The notes beneath the pieces were generated by a model. The model was not told where the DNA came from, did not search any database, and saw only the letters and a program-made list of their open reading frames with translations. A stretch of 62,645 bases of DNA, counting the filler, from Anaerolineae bacterium (GTDB lineage Bacteria > Chloroflexota > Anaerolineae > Epilineales > Epilineaceae): the NCBI GenBank assembly GCA_029262755.1. It is 7 parts of 7 records of this genome, joined end to end, with 100 filler letters (N's around TTAATTAATTAA, not from the genome) between each part and the next. Parts side by side here need not be neighbours in the genome. Positions count along the whole stretch, not along the records: positions 9,451 to 18,562 come from JAJCYU010000344.1; positions 18,663 to 23,140 come from JAJCYU010000345.1; 5 more parts are not named here. The stretch is one strand, 5' to 3'. Shown one piece after another: positions 9,848 through 19,967 of this stretch. Within the stretch, counting starts at the first letter, position 1, and each line of letters starts with the position of its first letter. Both the position numbers and the translations under genes were made by a program.

Positions 9848-10506
9848 AATCCGCCATGCTGTACATCCTCGGCGGGTTGATGCTCGCCCTCGTCGTATCC
9901 GTTGCGTGGTGGACCCGCATGGTGGTCGAGCCGACGCCTCACGTGATGACCCAAGGCGAGACCGTCGTGGAGCTCGTGCGCGATTTCGGCGTGAGCGCCG
10001 AAGCCATCGCCGACGCCAACAATGTGTCCATCAGCGAGCTACAGGCCTTCGGCACGGGCGATCTCGTTGCCATCCCGCGGCCGGCACCAAGCGGCATCGG
10101 CGTCTGGAAGGTGCACGGCTTCGGCCTCGCGGCCGAGATCCTGGGCGTCGCTCTCAGCTTTTGGCTCGCGCTGGTCGCCGGCTTGTTGCCCAAGGGCTAC
10201 CGCCAGCAGATGCTGGGCATCAGCGCTGCCTTGGGACTCGCCAGCTACGCGGGCTCGCATGCGGTGGCCGGACAGGCGCCGGTGCTGACGCCGGAATTCT
10301 TGTTCAGCAGCATCAAGGACGGCTTCGCCTGGGCCGCGGCATTCCCACTCTTCGCCTCCGTCTTCGGCGTAAACAAGCTCAGCGGCGACCGTGCGGCGCG
10401 ACGAGCGGAGAAGGCCGACGCCAAGGAAACCGGGCGTAGTCGCGACGAGCCGAGCCTGCCCCCGGGCGGCGAGGACGAGATGTCCGCGGATCCAGCCGGC
10501 GAGTAG
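9844..10506 (+). CDS. LysM-domain membrane protein
   Basis: N-terminal TM; LysM-like HVMTQGETVVELVRDFGVSAEAIADANN..GDLVAIP; three further hydrophobic helices. Confidence 0.8.
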   Translation: MKSAMLYILGGLMLALVVSVAWWTRMVVEPTPHVMTQGETVVELVRDFGVSAEAIADANNVSISELQAFGTGDLVAIPRPAPSGIGVWKVHGFGLAAEILGVALSFWLALVAGLLPKGYRQQMLGISAALGLASYAGSHAVAGQAPVLTPEFLFSSIKDGFAWAAAFPLFASVFGVNKLSGDRAARRAEKADAKETGRSRDEPSLPPGGEDEMSADPAGE

Positions 10507-11075
10507 CGGCCAGGCCGGAGGCTGATCGGCGGACCCGCCGTTCCATCGCACCGGCAGGCGCAAACGGACGCTACGCCGACCCAAGAAAATAGGCGGGGCC
10601 GCCCCGACCCCGCCCGGCACCCCAAGCCTCCCAGCAAATGGTGCCAACCCTTAGAACACGGGACGAGTTCATATCGGACAGCACCGGCGCGGCGAGTTTT
10701 TCGGCGACCTGTGGGTTGCCGGTGCGTTGCCTGTGCGGTTCCGAAGCGGCTGACAAGATCGGCTCGGCCGGCCGCTATCCGCCGTCGTCCGTTGGTGTTC
10801 TAGTCCATGCGACGACGAGGTACTCCCGTTTCTCTTCGTCGCCTCGCCCGTGCCGGCCAGACTTCGGTAACACGCGGTCATCCTCGATCAGGAGGCCGGC
10901 ACGGGCGGCATCATCCCCCCACAATTCAGAGTTTTGTCAGACTTGCGGCAGAGCCCTTCGGTAGGCTGCGTGAGCCTCGGATCGACCGAGGATTCATGCG
11001 GGCGCGACGCCAATGCCCATTTCGGGCGCGTAGTGACTCGGCGAAATCGTCCATTGTTTCGAAGGAGACGCCGTC

Positions 11076-12788
11076 ATGCTTTGTCCTTCCTTGAAGTGCC
11101 GCAGCTTTGGCCTTGGTAGTCTTGCTTGTCGCAGCTTTACCTGTTTGATGCTTGGCTTCCTCTTGTTTGCTTGGTCCACCCCTTCCTCCATCGCTACCGC
11201 GCAAACGGCGCCGCCCGAGCTGCCCGAGGCGGCCGAGCGTATCGCCGCCGAGCTCGAGACGCTCCCACCGGTGCGCGACGAACCGACGGTCCCCTTGCCC
11301 GCCGAGCGCCCCGACCCGAACGCACCTGTCCTGGCCCTGCGTTCGGCGCGCGACACGCTGCGCGATCTAGCCGCCGCGCCCGGCCGACGCGGCAACCCCG
11401 ACTTGGCGCCCGTCCTGCGGGCCGCGGAAGAAGCGATGCGCGTGTTCAACGCCGGCTCTCCGGACCTGTCGCACCTGGCGGCATCCGCTGGGGCCGTCGC
11501 GGTCGCCCAGCGCGGACTCGCCGATCTCATCGACGCGGGCGGCCCGCGCGAGCTCGTGCACGTACGGAACCAGCTGACCGGCGCTACGCACCGGATCGCG
11601 ACGGACATGATTGGTGTTGCCGAAAGGTCCGGCGTGCGCCCGCAGCGGCTGCGCGCCGCCAAGCGGCGCGTGGAGCTCGGGCTCAAGGCCGCCAAGCGCG
11701 GGGACCATGTGGGCGCGGCGAATCACATGGGCGGCGGCACGAAGCTCGCGGCCAACACGGTCTCGTTCGACGTCGACCTGTTCGAGCAGAACATCATCGA
11801 CGCGTTGGCCGGGCAGACCGTCGGCTACGCGTTCTCGATCGGCTGGCAGGGCAACCTGTACAACGGCGGCTCGAGCCTCGGCCTAGCGCGCACCGACGCC
11901 GATGAGCCATCCCGCAACCAATCGCCGAACAAGGAAATGCACGTGGCAAGCGTAAGCAAGACGCTCACGGCGATCGTCATCCTGCGCCTGCTCGAAGAGA
12001 ACAACCTGACGCCGGATTCCTTGATCGCGCCGTGGCTTCCCGGCGACTGGGCGGTCGGCGCGGGCGTGGAATCCCAGACCTTCGAGGACTACCTCACGCA
12101 CGAAAGTGGCTTCGCACAGAAGGGCGCGGGCAACGATTACGCCGCGCTGCAGGCGGCCATCGCGCAACCCCTCGGCTCCACCGGCTTCCAGTACAGCAAC
12201 GCCAACTACGGCCTGATGCGCGTGCTGTCCGCTCGACTCCAGGGCTTCGACGTCTCCACGATCTGGTGGTTCCCACCGGACGCCCTCTCCACCGGACTGT
12301 TCCTCAGCTATGCCCAGGGCCTGTTCGAGAGCATCGGCGTCGAGGTGGACTGCCGCGTCGTGGACGCCGATCCCACGATCCAATACAACTTTCCGCACAA
12401 CGACCAACCGGGTTACCTTGAGCCGGATCGCCGCATGACCTGCGGCGGCGTCGGCTGGACGATCAGCTCCAACGAGATCGGCGCCGTGCTGGCCAACCTT
12501 CGCTACACGGAGAACCTGGTTTCGGCCGAGGCGCGCGATTGGATGACGGACCGCTACCTAGGCTTCAACGATCCCGCGAACTACGGCTGGGTCGTGGGCG
12601 ATATGGGCACCTACTCCATGCACGGAGGCGACTGGGGCCATGGTCCCGGTGAAGCCCATGCCTGCGCCGTGATGTTCCCGATCCAGGCCGAGGCTGGTCT
12701 TGTGATCAACTCCGAGCGCGGCGGTTCCATGGCGTACCAGTGCTCGCTGCTGCGCAACGCCTTCGACGACGCCTGGACGGCGGACTGA
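11076..12788 (+). CDS. Secreted serine hydrolase (beta-lactamase/transpeptidase-like) with N-terminal helical extension
   Basis: SVSK, LTHESG, YSN, HGG motifs; GAAGGAG RBS. Confidence 0.88.
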   Translation: MLCPSLKCRSFGLGSLACRSFTCLMLGFLLFAWSTPSSIATAQTAPPELPEAAERIAAELETLPPVRDEPTVPLPAERPDPNAPVLALRSARDTLRDLAAAPGRRGNPDLAPVLRAAEEAMRVFNAGSPDLSHLAASAGAVAVAQRGLADLIDAGGPRELVHVRNQLTGATHRIATDMIGVAERSGVRPQRLRAAKRRVELGLKAAKRGDHVGAANHMGGGTKLAANTVSFDVDLFEQNIIDALAGQTVGYAFSIGWQGNLYNGGSSLGLARTDADEPSRNQSPNKEMHVASVSKTLTAIVILRLLEENNLTPDSLIAPWLPGDWAVGAGVESQTFEDYLTHESGFAQKGAGNDYAALQAAIAQPLGSTGFQYSNANYGLMRVLSARLQGFDVSTIWWFPPDALSTGLFLSYAQGLFESIGVEVDCRVVDADPTIQYNFPHNDQPGYLEPDRRMTCGGVGWTISSNEIGAVLANLRYTENLVSAEARDWMTDRYLGFNDPANYGWVVGDMGTYSMHGGDWGHGPGEAHACAVMFPIQAEAGLVINSERGGSMAYQCSLLRNAFDDAWTAD

Positions 12789-13036
12789 CGGCTCTGCCGG
12801 CGGCTCGCAGCGCGGAGGGCCGCACCCCTCGCGATCCTCCGCGCTCCGCGTCCAATCCAGCGTCGACCGAGCCGGTCGTCGGGCACCCGCCCGGCGGCTG
12901 GCTCGGCCCTTGTGGGTGAGCCGAAGCGTCCGCGCCCCCGTTGCCTCCTGTATCATGTTCGGCCCGAAGGCGGCGATAGCCGTGAAGGCCGTCCAGCGCC
13001 CGAGACCCGCGAATCCCCCAAGCCCGGAGTTGCTCC

Positions 13037-14524
13037 ATGGATCGTCGACCCACCCCGCCCGCGCCCCGCTCCACAATGCGACGCGCGCCGTCCACCCGCC
13101 GCGCGCACGCGCTCGCGCTGCGCCCGGCCACCGTGCACCCCGCGCACCTCGCTGCCGCGCTCGCGCTCGCCGCGCTGCTCGCACTCGCGTCCGCCTGCGG
13201 CCCTGCGGCGGAGGACGACGGCGCGGCGCCCGCGTCGGGCGACGAAACCGGTGCGACGAACCCGACCGCCGAGCCGGTAATCGAGGATTCGCCCCAGATC
13301 GTCGCCGCGACGCCCACCTTGCCCGCGCCCAACCTTGCCGGCGCCTACAAGGGATTCTTCCCCGGCGCATCCAGCCCCGGCCTCGACGCAACCCTGCACC
13401 TCGACGCGGATGGCGGCTTGCGCCTGGTCAGCGACTACCTCAACGACGAGGCACCCAACATTGAGATCGGCACCTGGCGCGCCGACGGCGCGGAGCGCGT
13501 CGTCCTGACCCTCACCGGTACGCCGGACGAGGCCTATGCCGCCACGACGTCGCACGGCCTGCGGGTCGAAGAAGACCGCCTCACATCGGACGAGTGGCTC
13601 GGCCCATGGTGGCGTTTCGAAGCACTCGCGCTTGGCGTCGAGCCGCCCTACGACGAAGAGGGCGCCGCGGCGGAGCTTGCAACGGGCGAGCTGCTCGGTC
13701 ACTACAAGCACTTCTCCCCTTCCGCGTCGTGCTGTGGCCTGGATGAGACGTTGCTGCTGGGCACCAACGACCTGGCTCGCATCTCGACCGACTACCTCAA
13801 CGACGAAACCCCGATCGTGGACGAGGGCACATGGTCCATCGACGAGGAGGGCAACGCCCAGGTCCGCCTCACGAACCGCGTCGGTGCCGACGACTACGCG
13901 CAGCCGATCACCTTCACGCTGGCGGTCGCCGGCGCCTACCTGGAGGCCGTCGACTATGACGAGGACCGCTGGGGCTCCACCGGCCGCCGCTACGCGCTCT
14001 TCCACGCCCTCGCTCGATCCCAACAACGCGCCCCGGGCGAGCCGGAGGAGGGAAATTCAGAGGACGGTGAGGGGGAGGCTGGAACCGATCGTGGGGCCGA
14101 AGCCGGCGGTGAGGGTGAAGCCGGCGCCGGTAACGAAGGCGCCGCCGCCGCGATCCCGCCGGGCAAGGGATCCACGGACGGCCGCTCGATCGAGGACACA
14201 ACGTGGCGATTGACGAGCCTGCGCTTGTCCGACGGCTCCGTGCTCGCCCCCGGCAACCCCGACGACTACACGCTCCAACTCTATGCCGGCATTGCTCTCG
14301 TGCAGGCCGACTGCAATCAGAGCCGCAGCTCCTACCGCCTCGAAGGCCCTGCTCTCACGTTGGAAGAGATGGCCCTCACCCGCGCCATGTGTCCGCCCGG
14401 CTCACTCCACGACGCCTACGTGGCCGCTCTGACCAACGTCAAGGGCTTCTCCATGGATATCGACGACCTCGTCCTTGCCACGACGGAAGGCGAGCGTCTG
14501 GTCTTCTCGAGCGGAGCGCGCTAG
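13037..14524 (+). CDS. Lipoprotein with two NlpE-N-like domains and a C-terminal META (HslJ-like) domain
   Basis: Lipobox LASAC; internal repeat YKGFFPGASSPGLDATL / YKHFSPSASCCGLDETL; META WRLTSL..ADCN..TRAMCP; start may be 13076. Confidence 0.8.
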   Translation: MDRRPTPPAPRSTMRRAPSTRRAHALALRPATVHPAHLAAALALAALLALASACGPAAEDDGAAPASGDETGATNPTAEPVIEDSPQIVAATPTLPAPNLAGAYKGFFPGASSPGLDATLHLDADGGLRLVSDYLNDEAPNIEIGTWRADGAERVVLTLTGTPDEAYAATTSHGLRVEEDRLTSDEWLGPWWRFEALALGVEPPYDEEGAAAELATGELLGHYKHFSPSASCCGLDETLLLGTNDLARISTDYLNDETPIVDEGTWSIDEEGNAQVRLTNRVGADDYAQPITFTLAVAGAYLEAVDYDEDRWGSTGRRYALFHALARSQQRAPGEPEEGNSEDGEGEAGTDRGAEAGGEGEAGAGNEGAAAAIPPGKGSTDGRSIEDTTWRLTSLRLSDGSVLAPGNPDDYTLQLYAGIALVQADCNQSRSSYRLEGPALTLEEMALTRAMCPPGSLHDAYVAALTNVKGFSMDIDDLVLATTEGERLVFSSGAR

Positions 14525-14693
14525 GGCAGGGGACGTAGGTACGGGTTTCCGCGATGTAGGTGCAAGAGCACGAGACGTAAGCGCGAGTTCCCAGGCAATG
14601 TAGGCACGGGAAAACTATGGGGCGACCGCCGGCGACGCATCGCTTGCTGGTCGCCCTATCGGCGTCCGCATGGCGTGCTACGCGCACGAACCG

Positions 14694-16568
14694 CTAGCGC
14701 GCCAACCACGGAAGATGGAGCAGCCGCGACTCGTCCGGCACCCCCGTCCCGACCGGCGCCGCCCGGCTCGGCGTGGCCGTCGGCGACGAGCCCGGGCGCG
14801 GCGTGGCGGTCGACGTCGATCCTGCAACGAGGGTTGCCGTCGCCTCCGCGCCTGCCGTCGCGGTCGACGCCGCGCCCACGGTGGCCGTCGGCGTCGCACC
14901 CGCCGTCGCAGTCGCACCCGCCGTCGCCGTCGCACCCGTCGTGGCTGTAGCGCGCGCCTGTTCGCGGACGGTGAGCGCGAGGCCGAGCGCATGACGACCG
15001 GTGTCCGGTCGCCAGATGTCCGCGTTCGCCAAGCGCAGCGCGTACGCAGGTCGGTCGGCGAGGGAGGGCGCCGGATCGGGCAGGGCTAGCTCCATCGCGT
15101 GCTCGCCGGCTTCGATCCCCGCGGGTAGCGTGAACGTCAACCGGACCGTGGCCGCGGCACCCGGCCAGGGCGCCCAGGCGCGAAGCCCGACGTCGCTCGC
15201 GACGAACGGGCCGCTGGATGCCTGCTCGCCGCCCGCATCTTCGTCGACGCCGTGACGCGCGACCACGGCAAGAGTCGCGTCGATCACCTCTTCTCTGCCC
15301 GTCTCGTTCCCCGTACCGGCACGGCGTAGCACGAGCCGGACCGGTCGATCGTTGTCGATACCGCCGAAGCCGTCGTTGGCCAGCGTCAGCGTGATCCCCA
15401 CGTTGCTGCCGGCGTCCGCCGCTGCCGGCGACGACGCGGACGTGAGCCGGTAGCGATAGCCGAGACGCCGATCGATCTCGGCGTAGCAGCCTTCCGCCTG
15501 CCAGCCCGCAACGGCTGGCTCGTAGAAATGCGGGTTCAGGTAGTCCCAATGGAATCGCTCCAGCTCGGCGAGGGTCGATGCGCACTCGAAGCGTGCTTCG
15601 TCGGGTGAGACCTGGCAGGTCTCGCCGCCCACCGCCACCCACGGTGTGAGCGCATCGAGATAGCGCTGCATGACGTTCTTTTCGGAAGGCGGCCAATACG
15701 TGCCGACGTCCGTATCGCTGGAGAGAAAGCAGTCGTTGTGGTGCCCGACCCGTCGTTGCGCGGGGTCCGCGAGTTCTCCCGCTGCGCTTGGCGGCGTCGG
15801 GAAGCGCGTCATCAGATCGGCCGGATAGCGCAGCTGGACGCCTCGCGTGACCGGCACGGATGCCAGCAAGAGCGCGAGCACACGCGCCTTGTTCTCCGGC
15901 GAATCCAAGTCGTTCGTCGAGCCGTGCCATTCACCCCACGCCCCCACGAAGCCGGCCTGCACCACGTAGATCACATCCGCGTGGCGCTCCAGCAGCGGCG
16001 CGAGCTGCTCCAGGTGGCGCGCAACCCAAGCCATCGTTGTATCGTCCTCGCCCAGGTCATGGTTGTAGGCAAAGCGGGGGATGATCTTGATCCCCGCCGC
16101 GCGCGCCGCATCGAAGCCGCGCGCGATGCGGGCGAGCTCCGCCGCCGCAATATCGCGATCGCGGTAGGCGTCCAGCCGGATGTAGCTCCGCGCGATCGTG
16201 AAGCCGTTCTCCCGCACCCAGCCCAGATCCGTCTCGTCGACGAGATCGATGTTGTCGTGAAATCCGCGCTCGGGGTTGAGGAACGCTTCGTCGGTGGAGG
16301 TGTACATCTTTGATCGCGACGCGGCGCCGACGTCGACATCGACGTTGCGTCGCGCCAACGCTGCGTGCGGCTCGGCCGCGCTCGGTCGCGCGCTCTCTGC
16401 CGTGTGCACGGGCCCCGGAGTTGCCGCGTCGACCGCGATGGCCGAGCCGGGCCGCGGGTTGAGCGCGCGCATGCCGCCAATGATCGCGATCGCTGCGAGA
16501 ATGGGAAGTAGAACCGGCGTGCCTGAAGAGACGAGCGAGGTGGGCCCGCGTCGATCGCGAGGCGTCAT
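14694..16568 (-). CDS. DUF4874/DUF4832-type secreted putative glycoside hydrolase with Thr/Ala linker
   Basis: NPERGF, IPRFAY, QAGFVGAWGEWH, GHHNDCFL, GGETC, LGYRY; C-terminus LLHLPWLAR; start inferred. Confidence 0.85.
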   Translation of the reverse strand: MTPRDRRGPTSLVSSGTPVLLPILAAIAIIGGMRALNPRPGSAIAVDAATPGPVHTAESARPSAAEPHAALARRNVDVDVGAASRSKMYTSTDEAFLNPERGFHDNIDLVDETDLGWVRENGFTIARSYIRLDAYRDRDIAAAELARIARGFDAARAAGIKIIPRFAYNHDLGEDDTTMAWVARHLEQLAPLLERHADVIYVVQAGFVGAWGEWHGSTNDLDSPENKARVLALLLASVPVTRGVQLRYPADLMTRFPTPPSAAGELADPAQRRVGHHNDCFLSSDTDVGTYWPPSEKNVMQRYLDALTPWVAVGGETCQVSPDEARFECASTLAELERFHWDYLNPHFYEPAVAGWQAEGCYAEIDRRLGYRYRLTSASSPAAADAGSNVGITLTLANDGFGGIDNDRPVRLVLRRAGTGNETGREEVIDATLAVVARHGVDEDAGGEQASSGPFVASDVGLRAWAPWPGAAATVRLTFTLPAGIEAGEHAMELALPDPAPSLADRPAYALRLANADIWRPDTGRHALGLALTVREQARATATTGATATAGATATAGATPTATVGAASTATAGAEATATLVAGSTSTATPRPGSSPTATPSRAAPVGTGVPDESRLLHLPWLAR

Positions 16569-16847
16569 TCGGCGCTCGCGCGCCGCCACGGTGCGCTTGA
16601 CTTGCCATCGGGTCGAGTCGATTGGATCGTCCACGCGAGCTCCTCGCTGAGCGGTCGAGTACAGAAGCTGCATGCCGGAACCTATCCCATCCGACGGGGC
16701 TCCGATCGGACCTACGGTGCCTGCAAATCGCTCCCTACACCGGATGTTCACGAGCGCTCGCCTCACGTCCCCGCGTGGCGCCCGGCTGTCGCAATCATGG
16801 CGCGCGCCCCCTATCGACGCCCCCATGATGGCGGATACCGTGTTCCC

Positions 16848-17531
16848 ATGCGCACACCCACCCGCCGAGTCCTGGTTCCCACTGGATCGCAAGGAAGCGC
16901 CTGCGTCGCCAAGTCCAATGCCTTCGCCATTGCAAACGCCATCGCCAATGCTTCCGCCACCGACCTTGCCCAGAGGCTCGGTCTCGGAGTCCTTGTCATC
17001 GTAGCCTGGCTCCTGTTCGTACCCGGCGACCGCGAACGTCTGCGCGACTCATGGCGCGAGGTCGCGACGTCCGCGCGCCTGGCCGGCCCGCCGGCCGATG
17101 CGGAGCGAGGCACGGTGCGCACCGTGATCGACGGCGACACGCTCGTCCTCGAGGATGGCCGAACCGTGCGGCTGCTCGGCATCGACACGCCGGAGACCGT
17201 GCATCCGGATTTGGAGCGCCCGCAGCCCTTCGGCCGCGAGGCAGCCGATCGCCTGGAATCACTCGTGGCCGGCCGCCCCATTCGACTCGAACGTGACATA
17301 AGCGACAACGACCACTACGGCCGCACCTTGCGCCACGTATGGCGCGGCCGCGAGCTGGTCGCGGAACTCCTCGTGCGCGAGGGCCTCGGCCACGCCCAGT
17401 CGATTCCCCCGGACCGCCGCCACGCCGACCGCCTACGCGCGGCCGAGAACGACGCGCGTGCTGCCCGGCGGGGCCTGTGGGGCGCCGACCGACCGACGTC
17501 GTTGCCGGTGTTCGACGACGTGCCACCGTAG
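16848..17531 (+). CDS. Thermonuclease (SNase) family protein, membrane-anchored
   Basis: VIDGDT, VRLLGIDTPE, DHYGRTL, ARRGLW; start uncertain. Confidence 0.9.
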   Translation: MRTPTRRVLVPTGSQGSACVAKSNAFAIANAIANASATDLAQRLGLGVLVIVAWLLFVPGDRERLRDSWREVATSARLAGPPADAERGTVRTVIDGDTLVLEDGRTVRLLGIDTPETVHPDLERPQPFGREAADRLESLVAGRPIRLERDISDNDHYGRTLRHVWRGRELVAELLVREGLGHAQSIPPDRRHADRLRAAENDARAARRGLWGADRPTSLPVFDDVPP

Positions 17532-17579
17532 GGTTGGGATCCGCCGTGGATCTTGAGATGGCGTGGGTGATAACGCCGG

Positions 17580-18562
17580 CTACGGCGCCCGTCGCCAGCC
17601 GAAAGGCAGATAGATGCGCTCGGTCACCGCGGGACCCGGCGTGCGCGTAGCGGTCGCCGTCGTCGCCGCGGAGGTCGGGGTGGCATCCGCTGATGTTGCG
17701 GTCTGAGTGGTCGTTGCGCCGACCGTCGCAGTCGATGTTGCCGTCACGGCAACGGTCGCGACGGCCGATGCGGTAGCCGCGGAGGTCGCCGTCGCGACGG
17801 GCGTGGCCTCCGGTGTGAGCGTCCCTGTCGCGGGCGATGTCGCCGCCGAGGTTGCCGTCACTGTCAGCGTCGCGGTCGCCGACACGTCGCTCGTCGATGT
17901 CGCCGTCGGCTCCGGGACGGTGTAGCCGAGGATCGTACCGTGATCGCCTACCGCCCAGCCTCGGTCGTGGTTCGCAAAGTACAGGCCGAACAAGTCCTCG
18001 CCGGGATCGTCGGCGAGCTCGGGCACATACCAAGTTTCGTCGGGCTGCAAGTAGGCCAGATAGCTCCGTCGGCCGATCAGGTCTCCCGCGAGCCAGCCCC
18101 GGCCCCGTGCCTGGAGCGCGATTGCACGGATCGCGCTGCTCACCGTGCTGCCTTCGGGGAGCAAGCGCACCGGGCGGCCGCGGTTGTCGAACCAACAGGG
18201 CGTCGCAGTGTCCCCATCGTGGCAGTTGCCGTCGTAATGGTTCATGCGGCCGCGCTGGCCGCCGTCCCAGCCGTAGTGGATATCGGTCAGGTCGACGGCG
18301 TACAGATGATCGACGCCCGAGATACCGCTTGCGGACCAGATCTCCCGGCCCGGCGCAAAGCGTGGCTCGTTGCCGAATTCGCCGACCATCCACGCCTCGA
18401 CGGGCGTCACGATGCGCACGTCGCGTAGGTCCGAACCGATGTTGGTGCGCGCCCTGCTCGTGACCAGCCACGCGCCGTCGGCTCCCTGGCGGTCGTCGCC
18501 GGCGACGAAATCGAGGATGAGCGCCTTCAGCGTGTCGTCCGCGTTGTCGTTGCCGGCCGCGA
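17580..18562 (-). CDS. Secreted beta-propeller (YCF48/BNR-like repeat) protein, 5'-truncated, with Thr/Ala linker
   Basis: LFGLYFANHDRGWAVGDHGTIL; C-terminus RIYLPFGWRRAP; frame open to contig end. Confidence 0.75.
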
Positions 18563-18662
18563 NNNNNNNNNNNNNNNNNNNNNNNNNNNNNNNNNNNNNN
18601 NNNNNNTTAATTAATTAANNNNNNNNNNNNNNNNNNNNNNNNNNNNNNNNNNNNNNNNNNNN
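18563..18662. other. Artificial contig spacer
   Basis: N/TTAATTAATTAA/N linker. Confidence 0.99.
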
Positions 18663-19890
18663 GATCGACCAGGCCGATCTCCCAAGCCTGGGCAAGGGCT
18701 TGGCCGCCGGCGACGACTTGGTGCTGGCAGCCGGTCGTCGGGACGAGGGGCTCAACGTTGTACGGCACGAGGCAGGCTCGTTGGGCACCATCGCGAACGT
18801 CGCGACGCCGGCCGAGGTCATCGACGGCACCATCGTGGGCGACCACGCCTACGTGACGCACTTCCAGAAGAGCAGCGAAGGTCGCGCGTTCCTGAGCGTC
18901 ATCGACCTGTCCGATCCTTCTTCCCCCCGGTGGGTGGGCGCGCTCCCCGCGATGGACCGGCCGCAGCACCTGGCCGTGGACGGCAACGTCGCCTACGTGG
19001 CCGCCAGCTTGCCGCGACGGCTGTATACGGTCGATCTCTCCGACCCCGAGCGGCCCGTACTGCTTGGACGGGCGGACGCGGAATTCGAGGGCTTGTGGCG
19101 GATCGCAGTAGACGACGGGCACGCCTTTGTTGCCGATCAACGATCCGGACTGCTTGTCTTCGACGCGTCGGACCCGTCCAATCTCCAGGAAGTCGGCCGT
19201 CTGGGTCTCGGAACGGATCAGGCCCTAAACGTCCAGGTGAGCGAAGGCTTCGCCTATGTGTCCACGTCCGCGGAGACCGGGAGCACGGGCCAGGGGCAGC
19301 TGTACATCATCGACGTCCGCGACCCGGCTGCCCCGCGCGTGACGTCCTCCATCAATCTCTGCGACAAGTGTTGGCACGTCGCGGTGGCGGGCGACACGGT
19401 GTACGTGTCGGGCGAAGACTCCGTACGGATCGTCGACGTCTCCGATCGAAGTGCTCCGAAGGAAGTCGGAAGCATTGACGAGGCGCACGGGCGAAAGGCC
19501 TGGGTCGACGGTACGACCCTCATCGTGAAGCGGGGAGGCGAGGTCGGCCTGTATGACATCACGCAGCCCGCCACGCCCATCGAAAGGGCCGTCATCCCGC
19601 TGCCGCTGACCACCTGGACCGTCAGCGTGGGGCCGGAACGCGTCTACGTGACGACGCGAGGGCGCAAACACGCGGAAGCGGGCGGTGTGCAGGTCTACGA
19701 CACCTCCGACCCGAGCGCCCCCCATTTGCTGGGCTATATCGAGACTCCCGGCGAGGCAGAGACGGTTGCGGGACTGCGCCTCGGCTCGCGAGCGGAAACG
19801 TCGGCCGATGAGTATGCGCTCGTGGCCGACAACGCCGGTGGGCTGGTCGTGGTCCGCGTCGGCCCGGCCGATCCGGCCGCGGAGCGCTGA
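18663..19890 (+). CDS. LVIVD-repeat protein, 5'-truncated
   Basis: Repeats such as LSVIDLSDPSSP, LYIIDVRDPAAP, VRIVDVSDRSAP, AYVA. Confidence 0.88.
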
Positions 19891-19967
19891 GCGGTACAAT
19901 GGCGGGGACGCCCGGAGCCGCAGGCCGCCCGATCCGGCCCGGGCACCCCCGCCTATCGGAGGATGCG

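Noticed and set aside
10639..10720. TGGTGCC suggesting a minus-strand tRNA 3' end
   Set aside because: No T-arm consensus or cloverleaf upstream.
14760..14950. Periodic GCC/GTC repeats here and at 17640-17920, 21250-21390, 25350-25450
   Set aside because: They encode Thr/Ala/Pro linkers; no constant repeat with unique spacers, so not CRISPR.
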